The notes under the pieces are model-generated. The model was not told the DNA's origin and made no database searches. It was given only the letters and a program-made list of their open reading frames with translations. This document shows positions 9,980 through 20,739 of a stretch of 64,000 bases of DNA, piece after piece; position 1 is the first letter of the stretch, and each line of letters begins with the position of its first letter. This DNA comes from Myxococcota bacterium (lineage in GTDB: Bacteria; Myxococcota_A; UBA9160; UBA4427). The stretch is from the NCBI GenBank assembly GCA_965250285.1, contig OZ252299.1, positions 1,504,001 through 1,568,000 of the forward strand. Reading direction: 5' to 3'. The translations under genes and the position numbers were made by a program.

Positions 9980-11577
9980 GTGGCAGAATCCGGTTCAGGG
10001 CGATCTCAGTCGCCTTGCTTTTGGCGGTCTTCACCTGGCTGACCGTCGGGAACTTCGTTCCGAAAGAGGAGCGCGTCGAGAGCGGCTTCTGGCGAAACGA
10101 CGGCTTGAGGCTCGGTCTCGACCTGCAGGGCGGCATCCACTGGGTCGTGGGCGTCAAGATCGAAGAGGCCGAGAACCACGAGCTCGACTACGTACGCCAG
10201 AACATCGTCGACTCGATCGCGGACGACGGCCTGGCCGTGACCTCGGCCCGGGTCGACGCGCAGCGGCTCACGATCGAGGCGACGCCCGACGTGCTGACGG
10301 CGGTGCGCAGTGCGGCCGACGACACGAACGTGTTGCGTGAGACGAACGACGGGGCCGACACCCTCGAGTTCGCGCTTCAAGACGACTGGGTCCAGGAGAT
10401 TCGTGAGCGCACGATGGCGCAGGTGCTCGAGGTGCTGCGGCGTCGGATCAACGATCCAGTCAAGGGCATCCCCGACTCCGTGGTCACCCGCCAGGGCGAC
10501 GATCGGGTGCTCGTGCAGATCCCGGGCGGTCAGATCGACCGGGGGCGGGCGCGCGACCTGCTCAAGTCGACGGGCTTCCTCGAGTTCAAGATCGTGCTCG
10601 ACCGCGACCGGAGCGAGGAGACACTCGCGCAGCGCAACGAGGCGACGATCACCGACGGGACGAACGAGGTCGTGTTCGAGATCGAGCGTGACCCGGCGAC
10701 CGGCGAGGAGGCCCCGATCGGCTACTACCTGGTCCCGAAGGCGCCGGACATCACGGGCGACTACCTCGCCGATGCGCGCGTCGGCTTCGATCAGCAGCAG
10801 CGGCCGATCGTCAACTTCACGTTCAACCCCGACGGTGGGCGGATCTTCGGCGATTTGACCCAGGCGAACCGGGGCGAGCAGCTCGCCATCATTCTCGACG
10901 GCAAGGTCTACAGCGCCCCGGTGATCCAGAGCCGCATCTCGACCCGGGGCCAGATCACCGGCCGGTTCTCGCCGCAGGAAGCCTCGGATCTCGCGGTCGT
11001 GCTGCGCGCCGGCGCGCTCTCGGTGCCCGTCGTGATCGAAGAGGAGCGAACGGTGGGCCCGGCCCTCGGGCAGGATTCGATCGATCGCGGCCTGCGTGCC
11101 TCGATGATCGGCCTCGTGCTCGTGCTCGCGTTCGTCGGCGGCTACTACCGCGTCTCCGGCGGCTACGCCGCCGTGGCGCTCCTCGCGAACCTGGTGCTGC
11201 TCGTGGGCACGATGTCGCTCTTCGAGGCGACGCTCACGCTGCCGGGCATTGCCGGCCTCGTGCTGACGGTGGGCATGGCCGTGGACGCGAACGTGATCAT
11301 CTTCGAGCGCATCCGCGAAGAGCTGCGGGCGGGCAAGACCGTGCGCGCCGCCGTCGCGACTGGCTTCCAGAAGGCGACGTGGACGGTGCTCGACGCCAAC
11401 ATCACGACGCTGATCACCGCGTTGATCCTCTTCGAGTTTGGCACGGGGCCCATCAAGGGCTTCGCTGTGACGCTCTCGATCGGCATCGTCACCAGCGTGT
11501 TCGCTGCGCTCGTGATCACGCGGTTGCTCTTTCAGATCTACCCGGGCGGGCGCAACGTCGCCGAGCTGTCCATCTAA
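9976..11577 (+). CDS. secD: Protein translocase subunit SecD
   Basis: LGLDLQGG, VGPALG, GMAVDANVIIFERIREE, DANITT, GPIKGFA. Confidence 0.97.
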   Translation: MSGRIRFRAISVALLLAVFTWLTVGNFVPKEERVESGFWRNDGLRLGLDLQGGIHWVVGVKIEEAENHELDYVRQNIVDSIADDGLAVTSARVDAQRLTIEATPDVLTAVRSAADDTNVLRETNDGADTLEFALQDDWVQEIRERTMAQVLEVLRRRINDPVKGIPDSVVTRQGDDRVLVQIPGGQIDRGRARDLLKSTGFLEFKIVLDRDRSEETLAQRNEATITDGTNEVVFEIERDPATGEEAPIGYYLVPKAPDITGDYLADARVGFDQQQRPIVNFTFNPDGGRIFGDLTQANRGEQLAIILDGKVYSAPVIQSRISTRGQITGRFSPQEASDLAVVLRAGALSVPVVIEEERTVGPALGQDSIDRGLRASMIGLVLVLAFVGGYYRVSGGYAAVALLANLVLLVGTMSLFEATLTLPGIAGLVLTVGMAVDANVIIFERIREELRAGKTVRAAVATGFQKATWTVLDANITTLITALILFEFGTGPIKGFAVTLSIGIVTSVFAALVITRLLFQIYPGGRNVAELSI

Positions 11578-11615
11578 GGCGGCGCCGAAGAACCGGCCCG
11601 AGGAGTCCACAGACA

Positions 11616-12644
11616 ATGCCCTTCCAATTGGTCCCGTCCGGGACGCGGATCGACTTCATCGGCAAGCGTCAGATCTGCGCCGTCGTATCGGTCGCGCTCA
11701 TCGTGATCCCGCTGGTGCTCATCGCGGTGGGTGCGCGCGACATCAAGCTCGGCATCGACTTCGCGGGCGGCAGCGAGGTGCACGTCCAGTTCGCTCCGAG
11801 CGTCGTCGTCGACGAGGGCGTGATCCGCGACGTGCTGCGCACGCATCCCGAGATCGAGGATCCGACCGTCGTCCGCTTCGGCGAGGCCGACGCCAACGAG
11901 TTCCTGATCAAGTTCGCCAGCGACTCCCTCGAAGCCGAGCCCGTCGGCGAAGCCGCCGAGCAGATCGTCGAAGCCTCGGAGGGCGAGGTGGCCGCACAGC
12001 CCGATCAGGTCGAGGAGCTCGAGGCCCTGCTCGCCAGCGAGATCGGCGACATGACGGTGCAGCGCGTCGAGTTCGTGGGCCCGCGGGTCGGGCAGGAGCT
12101 GCAGGCCGACGGCCTGAACTCGCTCTTCTTCGCGAGCCTGGCGATCCTCGCCTACGTCGCGATCCGCTTCAGCTCGCGCTTCGCGCCGGGCGCCGTGGTC
12201 GCTGTGATCCACGATCTGCTGATCACCGCCGGCATCTTCGTGATGCTCGGGCTCGAGTTCGACCTGCGCGTGCTGGCCGCGATGCTCGCGATCCTCGGCT
12301 ACAGCCTGAACGACACGATCATCATCTACGACCGCATCCGAGAGAACCTCGAGCTGCGCACCGCGACCGATCTGCCCGACGTGCTGAACACGTCGGTCAA
12401 CCAGACGCTCTCGCGCACCGTACTGACCAGTGGCACGACCCTGCTCGCGCTGCTCTCGCTCTACTTCCTCGGCGGCGAGGTCATTCGCCCCTTCGCATTC
12501 GCGATGCTGATCGGCGTGCTGGTCGGTACGTACTCGTCGATCTACATCGCGAGCCCGCTGCTGCTGCTGCTCGAGAAGTGGATGGGGCCGCCGTCGGCGA
12601 AGCCGAAGGGCACCAAGTCGGCCAACATGGCCGCCCGGGTCTGA
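11616..12644 (+). CDS. secF: Protein translocase subunit SecF
   Basis: GIDFAGG, VGPRVG, GYSLNDTIIIYDRIRE, GTYSSIYIA; AGGAG RBS before the ATG at 11616. Confidence 0.96.
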   Translation: MPFQLVPSGTRIDFIGKRQICAVVSVALIVIPLVLIAVGARDIKLGIDFAGGSEVHVQFAPSVVVDEGVIRDVLRTHPEIEDPTVVRFGEADANEFLIKFASDSLEAEPVGEAAEQIVEASEGEVAAQPDQVEELEALLASEIGDMTVQRVEFVGPRVGQELQADGLNSLFFASLAILAYVAIRFSSRFAPGAVVAVIHDLLITAGIFVMLGLEFDLRVLAAMLAILGYSLNDTIIIYDRIRENLELRTATDLPDVLNTSVNQTLSRTVLTSGTTLLALLSLYFLGGEVIRPFAFAMLIGVLVGTYSSIYIASPLLLLLEKWMGPPSAKPKGTKSANMAARV

Positions 12645-12727
12645 CCCGGAACGAGCGCACGCACACCGCCATGCGAAGGGCCGTGGGCCTTCGCGCGAGG
12701 TGCGGGCGTGACTTCGATGGGGTGGAG

Positions 12728-13261
12728 CTAGGCGCTCTTGCGTGAGCCCTCGGCGCCGGTGCTCGGGGCCTTCGGCGTCGCCGCAGCGCCGACCTCGGTC
12801 ATCTGGATGCCGCCGTTGATCACGGCGCCTTCCTGAATGAGCAGCTTGGGCGCCTTGATGTCGCCCTTGACCTCGCCGTTCGAGTGCACCTCGACGCGCT
12901 CGGTCGCCGTCACGTTGCCGGTGATCTTGCCGACCACCTGAACCGACTTCGCGCTCACCTCGGCGGTGATCTGCGCCGTCACGCCGATGGTCAGCTCGTT
13001 GCCGGGCAGCGAGACGGTGCCTTCGACCTGGCCGTCGATCTGGAGATCCTCGTCTCCAGACAGCTCGCCCTTGAATACGATCGACTTGCCGATGTTCGCC
13101 ACGGGTCCCCCCTTCGTGTCGTTCTCGGTTGACTTGCTGCGACGCCCGCGCGGAGCGGCTTCGGGCGGTGAGGTCGGTGCAGGCGTCGAGCCCGTGCCCC
13201 CGAGCGGACGCTCATCGGGCGCGTTGCCGCCGCCTCGGCCCCCGCGATTGAAGATGCCCAC
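12728..13261 (-). CDS. Bactofilin (polymer-forming cytoskeletal protein)
   Basis: IGKSIVFKGELSGDEDLQIDGQVEG...VKGDIKAPKLLIQEGAVING beta-helix repeats with low-complexity termini. Confidence 0.92.
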   Translation of the reverse strand: MGIFNRGGRGGGNAPDERPLGGTGSTPAPTSPPEAAPRGRRSKSTENDTKGGPVANIGKSIVFKGELSGDEDLQIDGQVEGTVSLPGNELTIGVTAQITAEVSAKSVQVVGKITGNVTATERVEVHSNGEVKGDIKAPKLLIQEGAVINGGIQMTEVGAAATPKAPSTGAEGSRKSA

Positions 13262-13493
13262 GTTTGCCCCCTTCGCGCTGCAGTGGCCGTTCGACGAGTT
13301 CAGCGCAGTGCCGACGGGTGTGACGCGATCACTGTTTGCGTCACGACGTCGTCGCTGCAGCGCGGCGCAGAATCTAGCTCACGCCGATTGTCGGGGGGTG
13401 TGGAAATGGGGTGACCGAACGGTGCAACGACTCAGCAGGATCGACCGTGTGCTGCGTCACCATCGAACGGGCTCGTCGAGCCGTCGGCGCACC

Positions 13494-15176
13494 TCAGTCG
13501 AACCGGCGCACCGCGTCGATCTGCACGTTGTGCACCTCGAGGATCGTGCCCATCTCGCGGTCGAGCCGGGCCTGGGAGTCGCGGAACGCCTGCAGCGCCG
13601 TGACCTTCTGGCTCTCGGCATCGACGAGGTCGTTCTGCCGCAGCAGCACGTCGAAGGGCGTCGACTCGCCGTGCTCGAGTCGGATCCGTTCCGCACGCAG
13701 CTGCTCGGCGGCGGCCAGGCGACGACGCTCGGCCGCCTCGACACCTTCGGCCGACGCGATCAGCCCGCGGGCGGCCTGACGAATGTCGACGATGATCCGC
13801 TGCTTGAGCTGCGTCCGCTGAGATTCGGCTCGGCGCAGCTCGAACTCGGCCCGATTGAAGTTCTTGCGGGCCGTGCGATTCGGCAGCGGGATCGAGAATG
13901 TGCCGCCCAATGTGTAGTCGCGGTTGCCGCTGTAGAACTGTTTGGTGGCATCGCCGAAGTTGCCTGAGGTCGGAACGATCGGCGGCGGCCCAGGATCGCC
14001 AGCGGTGTCGCCGTCAATGCCCAAGGTCTTGTGGCGAAACTCGAAGTTGAGGTCGGGGAGGCGCTGATTGCGCGCGAACTTCCGCTGGACCTCGGCCTGG
14101 GAGATCGAGCTCTCGGCCGAACGGATCTCGGGTCGCTTGGCGAATGCGGTCGCGACCGCGCGCTCGACGTTCACGTACTCGATCGTCTCGTAGCCGGGGT
14201 TGTCCGTGGGACTGAAGGTGAGCGCCGTCGTCGCCGTCAGGCGGCGGCCGAGGAGCGTCGCCACGAGCTGATCCTGGCTGTTCTGGTAGTTGTTGCGCGC
14301 CACGATGCGATCGAACTCGCTGCTGGCGACACCGGCCTCGGCCTCGACGACCTCGACCTTCGAGACCACGCCGACGTCGTACTGCGTCTGCGTCTGTTCG
14401 AGCAGGGCGACGTTCGTCTCGAGGGCCTTCTCGGCGACGCGGAGCTGTTCTGCTGAGGCGACGAGTGCCCAGTAGTCGTTGATGATGCCTTGGACCGTGT
14501 CCATCACGGACGTCTCGAAGTCGTCCTGAGACTGCTCCGACGCGTAGCCGAGCGTCCGCACCTGAGTCCACGGTTCGTTCCACAGCAAGCCCTTGAGCAA
14601 GGGCACGTCGGCGGTGAACTCGAGGCCGGCATCGAATTGTGGATTGAAGAGCGGGAAGATGGTGTTGACCTCGGTCTTAGAGCCGGTGAACTGCACGCCG
14701 ACGGTCGCCCCCAAGTAGGGCACCAGCGCAGTCAGCCCGGCCGATCCACCGACGGAATCCTGCGTGAGCTCGTCGATGTCGGCGGCGAAGATGTTGGACG
14801 GCGGCTCTGCCACGTTGTTGTAGGACACGCCAGACGAGAACAGCGGATCGAACGCGCCCCAGCTCGCCTCTTCGTTGAGGCCCGCGATGTACGGTGAGTA
14901 GCGCGCGATCTCGACATTGAGGTTGTTCTTCAGTCCCAACGCGATGGCTTCCGCCAATGACAGCGGCTGCCCGGGGATCTCGCGCGTCGCCGTCGGGTCT
15001 TCGTCTTCGTCGGGCCCGTCGTACATCCCGCTCGCGGCCAGGGCCGATGTGGAGCTGGCCAGCGCCCATGCGATCAGCGCGACGAGCACGAGCCCTCGTC
15101 GCTGGAGTCTGCGGGCGCAGGTCTGCGGAGACGGCGGGCGGGTGCCACCGAGGAAACATCGCGATGTGCTGTGCAT
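13494..15176 (-). CDS. TolC-family outer-membrane efflux protein
   Basis: Signal peptide, LSLAEAIALGLKNN, two OEP-like coiled-coil repeats (YDVGVVSKVEVVEAE; LEHGESTPFDVL); start uncertain. Confidence 0.88.
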   Translation of the reverse strand: MHSTSRCFLGGTRPPSPQTCARRLQRRGLVLVALIAWALASSTSALAASGMYDGPDEDEDPTATREIPGQPLSLAEAIALGLKNNLNVEIARYSPYIAGLNEEASWGAFDPLFSSGVSYNNVAEPPSNIFAADIDELTQDSVGGSAGLTALVPYLGATVGVQFTGSKTEVNTIFPLFNPQFDAGLEFTADVPLLKGLLWNEPWTQVRTLGYASEQSQDDFETSVMDTVQGIINDYWALVASAEQLRVAEKALETNVALLEQTQTQYDVGVVSKVEVVEAEAGVASSEFDRIVARNNYQNSQDQLVATLLGRRLTATTALTFSPTDNPGYETIEYVNVERAVATAFAKRPEIRSAESSISQAEVQRKFARNQRLPDLNFEFRHKTLGIDGDTAGDPGPPPIVPTSGNFGDATKQFYSGNRDYTLGGTFSIPLPNRTARKNFNRAEFELRRAESQRTQLKQRIIVDIRQAARGLIASAEGVEAAERRRLAAAEQLRAERIRLEHGESTPFDVLLRQNDLVDAESQKVTALQAFRDSQARLDREMGTILEVHNVQIDAVRRFD

Positions 15177-15385
15177 GGAAGTCCTCCGGCGGGGACTTTA
15201 CCCGAGCGCCGGGCTCGCCGCCGTTTCGCGCGACCGGGTTCGATGCACCGTTCGAGCCAGCGGGGACCAAGAAGGTCCGATTCCGCTGCCGAATCGTGCC
15301 TGCTGCCGCGCGTTGTCACTGACCCGGCGCGGCATCCCGCAGCATCGAGGCATCCCGGCGGGCGCCATCCTATTCTCGGGGCGCC

Positions 15386-16102
15386 ATGCGAATCGCGATG
15401 ATCGTCGTTGCTGCCGGACAGGGGGTCCGCTTCGGCCACTCGGTGCCGAAGGCGTTCCTCGAGCTGCGCGGGCAGACCCTGCTCGAGCGCTCGATCCGCG
15501 CCCTCGCCGAGGTGCCCCGCGTGGAGGCGATCGTCCCGGTCGTGCCCGCCGACGCCTTCGAGCGATTCGCGGCGCTCCCGCTGCGCGATCTCGGCGGGCG
15601 CCTGATGCCCCCCGTCGCCGGCGGCCGGGAGCGGCCCGATTCGGTCGCGGCAGGGCTCGTCGCGTTGGGCGACGCCTTCGATCTGGTCGGCGTACATGAC
15701 GCCGCGCGCTGCCTCGTGGCACCCGGCGACGTGGCCCGCGTCATCGACCAGGCCGCCGCGACGGGCGCTGCGATCCTCGCGGCCCCCGTGCGAGATACGA
15801 TCAAGGTCGTCGAGGGGGATCGCATCGTCGACTCGCCCCGGCGCGACACGCTGTGGGCGGCGCAGACGCCCCAGGTGTTCCGAAGCGACTGGCTGCGAGA
15901 CGGGCTGGATCGGGGGCGGGCGGATGGCCTGCACGGCACGGATGATGCGCAGCTGGTCGCGCACGCGGGCCGCGAGGTCGTCGTCGTTCAGGGCAGCGAA
16001 CGAAACATCAAGCTGACGCATCCCAGCGACGTCGCCGTCGCCGAGGCCTGGCTCGACGACGCGGCGGCGGGCGCCCATGCGGCTACCGAGGGGGCGGCGT
16101 GA
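15386..16102 (+). CDS. ispD: 2-C-methyl-D-erythritol 4-phosphate cytidylyltransferase
   Basis: AAGQGVRFG..PKAF, GGRERPDSV, VHDAARC, QTPQVF, TDDA, NIKLT. Confidence 0.96.
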   Translation: MRIAMIVVAAGQGVRFGHSVPKAFLELRGQTLLERSIRALAEVPRVEAIVPVVPADAFERFAALPLRDLGGRLMPPVAGGRERPDSVAAGLVALGDAFDLVGVHDAARCLVAPGDVARVIDQAAATGAAILAAPVRDTIKVVEGDRIVDSPRRDTLWAAQTPQVFRSDWLRDGLDRGRADGLHGTDDAQLVAHAGREVVVVQGSERNIKLTHPSDVAVAEAWLDDAAAGAHAATEGAA

Positions 16103-16575
16103 GGATCGGGCAGGGCTTCGATGCGCATCAGCTCGTCGAGGGGCGTCGGCTCGTGCTCGGCGGCGTCGACATCCCGTACGAGCGCGGGCTCGAAGGGCAC
16201 AGCGACGGCGACACGCTGCTCCACGCGGTGACCGACGCCCTCATCGGCGCGGTGGGCGAGGGCGACCTCGGCCGGCACTTCCCGTCGTCGGACGAAAGCC
16301 TGAAGGGCGTCGCGAGTCACGTGCTGCTCGAGCGCGCCGTCGACATGATGAAGGTGCGGCACCACCGCATCGGCAATCTCGATGCGACGATCATCGCCCA
16401 GGCGCCGCGGCTCGCCGCGCACCAACCGGCCATGCAGTCGAACCTCGTCCGCTGGCTCGGGACCACGCCCGACCGCGTCAACGTGAAGGTGACCAGCACC
16501 GACCACCTGGGCGCCCTCGGGCGCGCGGAGGGGATCGCCGCCCTCGCGGTCGTGCTGCTCGAGCCCGACGTCTAG
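16099..16575 (+). CDS. ispF: 2-C-methyl-D-erythritol 2,4-cyclodiphosphate synthase
   Basis: [33 protein letters not shown]. Confidence 0.97.
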   Translation: MRIGQGFDAHQLVEGRRLVLGGVDIPYERGLEGHSDGDTLLHAVTDALIGAVGEGDLGRHFPSSDESLKGVASHVLLERAVDMMKVRHHRIGNLDATIIAQAPRLAAHQPAMQSNLVRWLGTTPDRVNVKVTSTDHLGALGRAEGIAALAVVLLEPDV

Positions 16576-16585
16576 GGAGCCTGCC

Positions 16586-18595
16586 GTGTCCGACAACGAA
16601 GAGCGACCCTTCGAGCTGGTGAGCGAGTTCGAACCCTCAGGCGATCAGCCCCAGGCGATCGAGCAGCTGGTCGAGGGCGTGAACGCAGGCCTGGCCAACC
16701 AGACGCTGCTCGGCGTGACCGGCAGCGGCAAGACCTACACGATCGCCTGCGTGGTCGAGAAGATCAATCGACCGACCCTGGTGATGTCGCCGAACAAGAC
16801 GCTCGCGGCGCAGCTCTACGCCGAGTTCAAGGATCTCTTCCCGCACAACGCCGTCGAGTACTTCGTGTCGTACTACGACTACTACCAGCCCGAGGCGTAT
16901 ATCGCGGCGAGCGACACCTACATCGAGAAGGACTCGTCGATCAACGACGAGATCGACAAGCTGCGCCACGCCGCGACACACTCGATCCTCACCCGGCGCG
17001 ACACGCTGGTCGTCGCCAGCGTGAGCTGCATCTACGGCCTCGGCGCGCCCGAGAACTACGGCTCGATGCACGCGTATCTCGAGCCGGGCATGCCCTACGT
17101 GCGCGACGACCTGCTGCGGCTGCTGGTCGACATGCAGTACAAGCGCAACGACCATGATTTTCATCGAGGCACGTTTCGCGTCCGGGGCGACATCGTCGAG
17201 ATCTTCCCCCAGTACGAGAGTGAGCGCGCGATCCGTGTCGAGTTCTTCGGCGACGAGATCGACTCGATTGCCGAGATCGACCCGCTCCGCGGCAAGGTCG
17301 TGGCGCGACCCAAGCGGGCGCTGGTGTTTCCGGCGAGCCACTACGTCGCCGGCGACGCGCGGCTCAAGGCAGCGGTCGACGGCATCCGCGAAGAGCTCGA
17401 CGAGCGGATCCAGCATTTCAAGGCCGAGGACAAGCTGCTCGAGGCCCAGCGCATCGAGCAGCGCACGATGTACGACGTCGAGATGCTCGAAGAGCTCGGC
17501 TTCTGTCACGGCGTCGAGAACTACTCCCGCTGGCTCGATGGTCGTTCGGCCGGCCAGACGCCGTACACGCTCTACGACTACCTGCCGGACGACACGTTGG
17601 TCGTCATGGATGAGAGCCACGTCTCGGTGCCTCAGATCGGCGGCATGTACCGCGGCGACCGTGCCCGCAAGGAGACGCTCGTCGACTTCGGCTGGCGGCT
17701 GCCCAGCGCACTCGACAACCGCCCGCTTCAGTTCGAAGAGTGGGAGGAGCGCGCACACCAGCGCGTCTACGTGAGCGCAACGCCCGCCGAGTACGAGCTC
17801 GAGATGAGCGAGGGCGTCGTGGTCGAGCAGATCATCCGACCGACGGGCCTGATGGATCCGGTCATTGAGATCCGCCCGGCGGGTGGGCAGGTGGACGACC
17901 TGCTCGACGAGGTGCGCAAGGTCGTCGACGCCGGCGGGCGCGTGCTCGTCACGACGCTCACCAAGCGCATGGCCGAGGAGCTGACCGAGTACTACGCCGA
18001 CCTGGGCATTCGCGTGCGCTACCTGCACAGCGACGTCAAGACGATCGAGCGCATGGACATCATCCGTGAGCTGCGTGAGGGCGTGTTCGACGTGCTGGTG
18101 GGCATCAACCTGCTGCGCGAGGGGCTCGACATCCCCGAGGTCACCCTGGTCGCGATCCTCGACGCCGACAAGGAGGGCTTCCTGCGCTCGACCCGATCCC
18201 TGATTCAGACGATCGGGCGCGCGGCGCGCAACGCCGACGGTCGCGTGCTGCTCTACGCCGATAGTGAGACCGACTCGATTCGGGAGACGCTCAGCGAGAC
18301 GAATCGGCGGCGCGAGGCCCAGGCCGCCTACAACGAGGCGCACGGCATCACCCCCCAGACCGTGAAGAAGAAGATCACGAGCCTCAAGGACAGCATCTGG
18401 GAGCAGGACTACGTCACGGTGCGCACCGATGACGAGCGCGAGGAGCCCGAGGTGCCGCTGCACGAGCTGCCCAAGGTGATCGCCAGCCTGCGCAAGGAGA
18501 TGCAGGCCGCCGCCAAGGAGCTCGATTTCGAGACGGCCGCGATGATCCGCGATCGCATCCGAATCCTCGAGCGCGACCGCATCCAGCTGACGTGA
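16586..18595 (+). CDS. uvrB: Excinuclease ABC subunit B
   Basis: [31 protein letters not shown]-terminal UVR motif. Confidence 0.98.
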   Translation: MSDNEERPFELVSEFEPSGDQPQAIEQLVEGVNAGLANQTLLGVTGSGKTYTIACVVEKINRPTLVMSPNKTLAAQLYAEFKDLFPHNAVEYFVSYYDYYQPEAYIAASDTYIEKDSSINDEIDKLRHAATHSILTRRDTLVVASVSCIYGLGAPENYGSMHAYLEPGMPYVRDDLLRLLVDMQYKRNDHDFHRGTFRVRGDIVEIFPQYESERAIRVEFFGDEIDSIAEIDPLRGKVVARPKRALVFPASHYVAGDARLKAAVDGIREELDERIQHFKAEDKLLEAQRIEQRTMYDVEMLEELGFCHGVENYSRWLDGRSAGQTPYTLYDYLPDDTLVVMDESHVSVPQIGGMYRGDRARKETLVDFGWRLPSALDNRPLQFEEWEERAHQRVYVSATPAEYELEMSEGVVVEQIIRPTGLMDPVIEIRPAGGQVDDLLDEVRKVVDAGGRVLVTTLTKRMAEELTEYYADLGIRVRYLHSDVKTIERMDIIRELREGVFDVLVGINLLREGLDIPEVTLVAILDADKEGFLRSTRSLIQTIGRAARNADGRVLLYADSETDSIRETLSETNRRREAQAAYNEAHGITPQTVKKKITSLKDSIWEQDYVTVRTDDEREEPEVPLHELPKVIASLRKEMQAAAKELDFETAAMIRDRIRILERDRIQLT

Positions 18596-18665
18596 CGACG
18601 CGAGCTGGCCGGTCGACGCGCGTCCCGGGTGAGTCTCGGGGCGCGATGCGCGATCCTCTGTCGTC

Positions 18666-20717
18666 ATGAGCGAATCTCCGCCCCGTACGGGCGGGCCCGA
18701 GCCCGAGGCCCCGCCGAAGAAGCCGACGCTCGCCGAGCGCGTCGAGGCGCTGCCGACGGGGCCGGGCGTCTATCTCTTCAAGAGCGAGCGCGGCGCCGTG
18801 CTGTACGTCGGCAAGGCCCAGAACCTGCGTCAGCGGGTGCGGCAGTACGTCTCGGGCGGCGACGGTCGTCACCAGATCCCGAAGCTGATGCGCCGGGCGA
18901 CCGACGTCGACGTGCTCGTCACGAAGAACGTGAAGGAGGCGCTGCTCCTCGAGAACGAGCTGATCAAGCGCCACAAGCCGACGTTCAACGTGCGTCTGCG
19001 CGACGACAAGCAGTACCTCGGCCTGCGCATCGATCCGGGTGAGACGTGGCCGCGTCTCGTCGGTGTGCGCAAGTTTCGCAAGGACGGCGCGCTCTACTTC
19101 GGCCCGTACACGTCCAACGTGGCGCTGCGTGAGGCGCTCTCGAACCTGCGCCGCATCTTCCCTCTGCGCTCGTGCAGCGACGGCACGTTCCGCGACTACC
19201 AGCGTCGCGGTCGACCCTGCATCGAGTACGAGATGAAGCGATGCCTCGGGCCGTGTGTCGGGCACACGACCGAAGCGGCGTACCGCGAGCAGGTCGACGG
19301 CACCGTGCTGTTCTTGAAGGGGCGCTCGAAGGAGCTCGTCCAGAATCTCGAGACACAGATGCAAGCGGCTGCCAAAGAAGAGGATTTCGAGGAGGCCGCG
19401 CGGCTGCGCGATCGGCTCCAGGCGATCGGACGCACGCTCGAGCAGCAGCAGATCGTGAGCGAGCACCAGCTCGAGCGCGACGTGTTCGGCCTCGCACGCG
19501 AGGGCGGCGAGGTCGAGGTGCAGGTGCTCCACGTCCGCGAAGGGCGCGTCGTGGGCGCCGAGGATTTCGGCTTCTCGGACGTCGCCCTCGACGACGGCGC
19601 CGTGATCTCGTCGTTCCTCGGGCAGTACTACGGCAAGGTCGAGGGACGGCAGGCACCGAAGGAGCTCGTCTGTAGCGAAGGAATGGATGCGGACGATGCC
19701 GCGGCGCTCACCGAGCTGCTCGCCGAGCGGTTCGAGCGCAGCGTTTCGATCCGCGTGCCGAAGCGGGGCGCGGCACGTCAGCTCGTCGAGACCGCGACGC
19801 GAAACGCCGAGGTGGCCCTCAAGACGCGGCTCGAAGCGAGGGAGAGCGTCGAGACGGCGCTGGCCGAAATTCAGGAGGCCTGCTCGCTCGGCACGCTGCC
19901 GCGGCGCATCGAGTGCTACGACGTCTCGAACCTCGCGGGCACGTTGGCCGTCGCGAGCCGCGTCGTGTTCGAGGACGGCGCGCCGGTCAAGAACGACTAT
20001 CGCAAGTACAAGCTGCGCGAGGCGGCCGCCGGCGACGACTACGACTCGCTCCGCGAGACGCTGCGACGCCGACTCGATCGCGTCGAGACCGAGCCGCTGC
20101 CCGACCTGCTGATGGTCGATGGCGGCCGAGGGCAGCTCGGGATCGTCGCCGCTGCGATCGAGGATGCGGGACTCGACGTCGAGCTGGTGGCCATCTCGAA
20201 GGAGCGGGACGACGACAGCCCGAGCGTCCGCGTGAAGCGGGGCGGAGGGCTGAAGGCCGAACGGCTGTTCCGTCCGGGTCGGGCGAATCCGATCCTGATG
20301 CCGCCGAGCTCACGCGGGCTCCTGCTCTTGCAGCGCGTGCGCGACGAGAGCCACCGCTTCGCGATCGAGTACCAGCGGCGGCTGCGCAGCCAGGTGAACC
20401 TGACGTCGATCCTCGAAGAGCTGCCCGGGATCGGGCCGGGCAAGCGACGGGCGCTGCTCAAGGAGCTGGGCTCGCTGCGCGCCGTGCGCGAAGCCGGGGT
20501 CGACACGCTTGCGCAGGTGACCGGCATCTCGCGCCGCAACGCCGAGACGATCCACGAGTTCTTCGCCGCGGCCTCGCCCGAGGGTGTGCCCGCGGCCGAC
20601 GCCGAATCGGTGTCGGCCGAAGGCGGGGCGCCGCGGGCGTCCGCACCGGGGGCCGCGGGCACGAGTGGGGATTCGCGCGACGGCATCAAGCACGCAGGTC
20701 GCGAAGCCGAAGAGTAG
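18666..20717 (+). CDS. uvrC: Excinuclease ABC subunit C
   Basis: GIY-YIG-like GVYLF...YVGKA, RIECYDVSN, DGGRGQ, RDESHRFA, HhH GIGPGK. Confidence 0.97.
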   Translation: MSESPPRTGGPEPEAPPKKPTLAERVEALPTGPGVYLFKSERGAVLYVGKAQNLRQRVRQYVSGGDGRHQIPKLMRRATDVDVLVTKNVKEALLLENELIKRHKPTFNVRLRDDKQYLGLRIDPGETWPRLVGVRKFRKDGALYFGPYTSNVALREALSNLRRIFPLRSCSDGTFRDYQRRGRPCIEYEMKRCLGPCVGHTTEAAYREQVDGTVLFLKGRSKELVQNLETQMQAAAKEEDFEEAARLRDRLQAIGRTLEQQQIVSEHQLERDVFGLAREGGEVEVQVLHVREGRVVGAEDFGFSDVALDDGAVISSFLGQYYGKVEGRQAPKELVCSEGMDADDAAALTELLAERFERSVSIRVPKRGAARQLVETATRNAEVALKTRLEARESVETALAEIQEACSLGTLPRRIECYDVSNLAGTLAVASRVVFEDGAPVKNDYRKYKLREAAAGDDYDSLRETLRRRLDRVETEPLPDLLMVDGGRGQLGIVAAAIEDAGLDVELVAISKERDDDSPSVRVKRGGGLKAERLFRPGRANPILMPPSSRGLLLLQRVRDESHRFAIEYQRRLRSQVNLTSILEELPGIGPGKRRALLKELGSLRAVREAGVDTLAQVTGISRRNAETIHEFFAAASPEGVPAADAESVSAEGGAPRASAPGAAGTSGDSRDGIKHAGREAEE

Positions 20718-20739
20718 GGGGAACCTGCGGAGATTCCCG

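Noticed and set aside
16576..16586. SOS/LexA box before uvrB
   Set aside because: Only 10 bp separate ispF and uvrB; no palindrome seen
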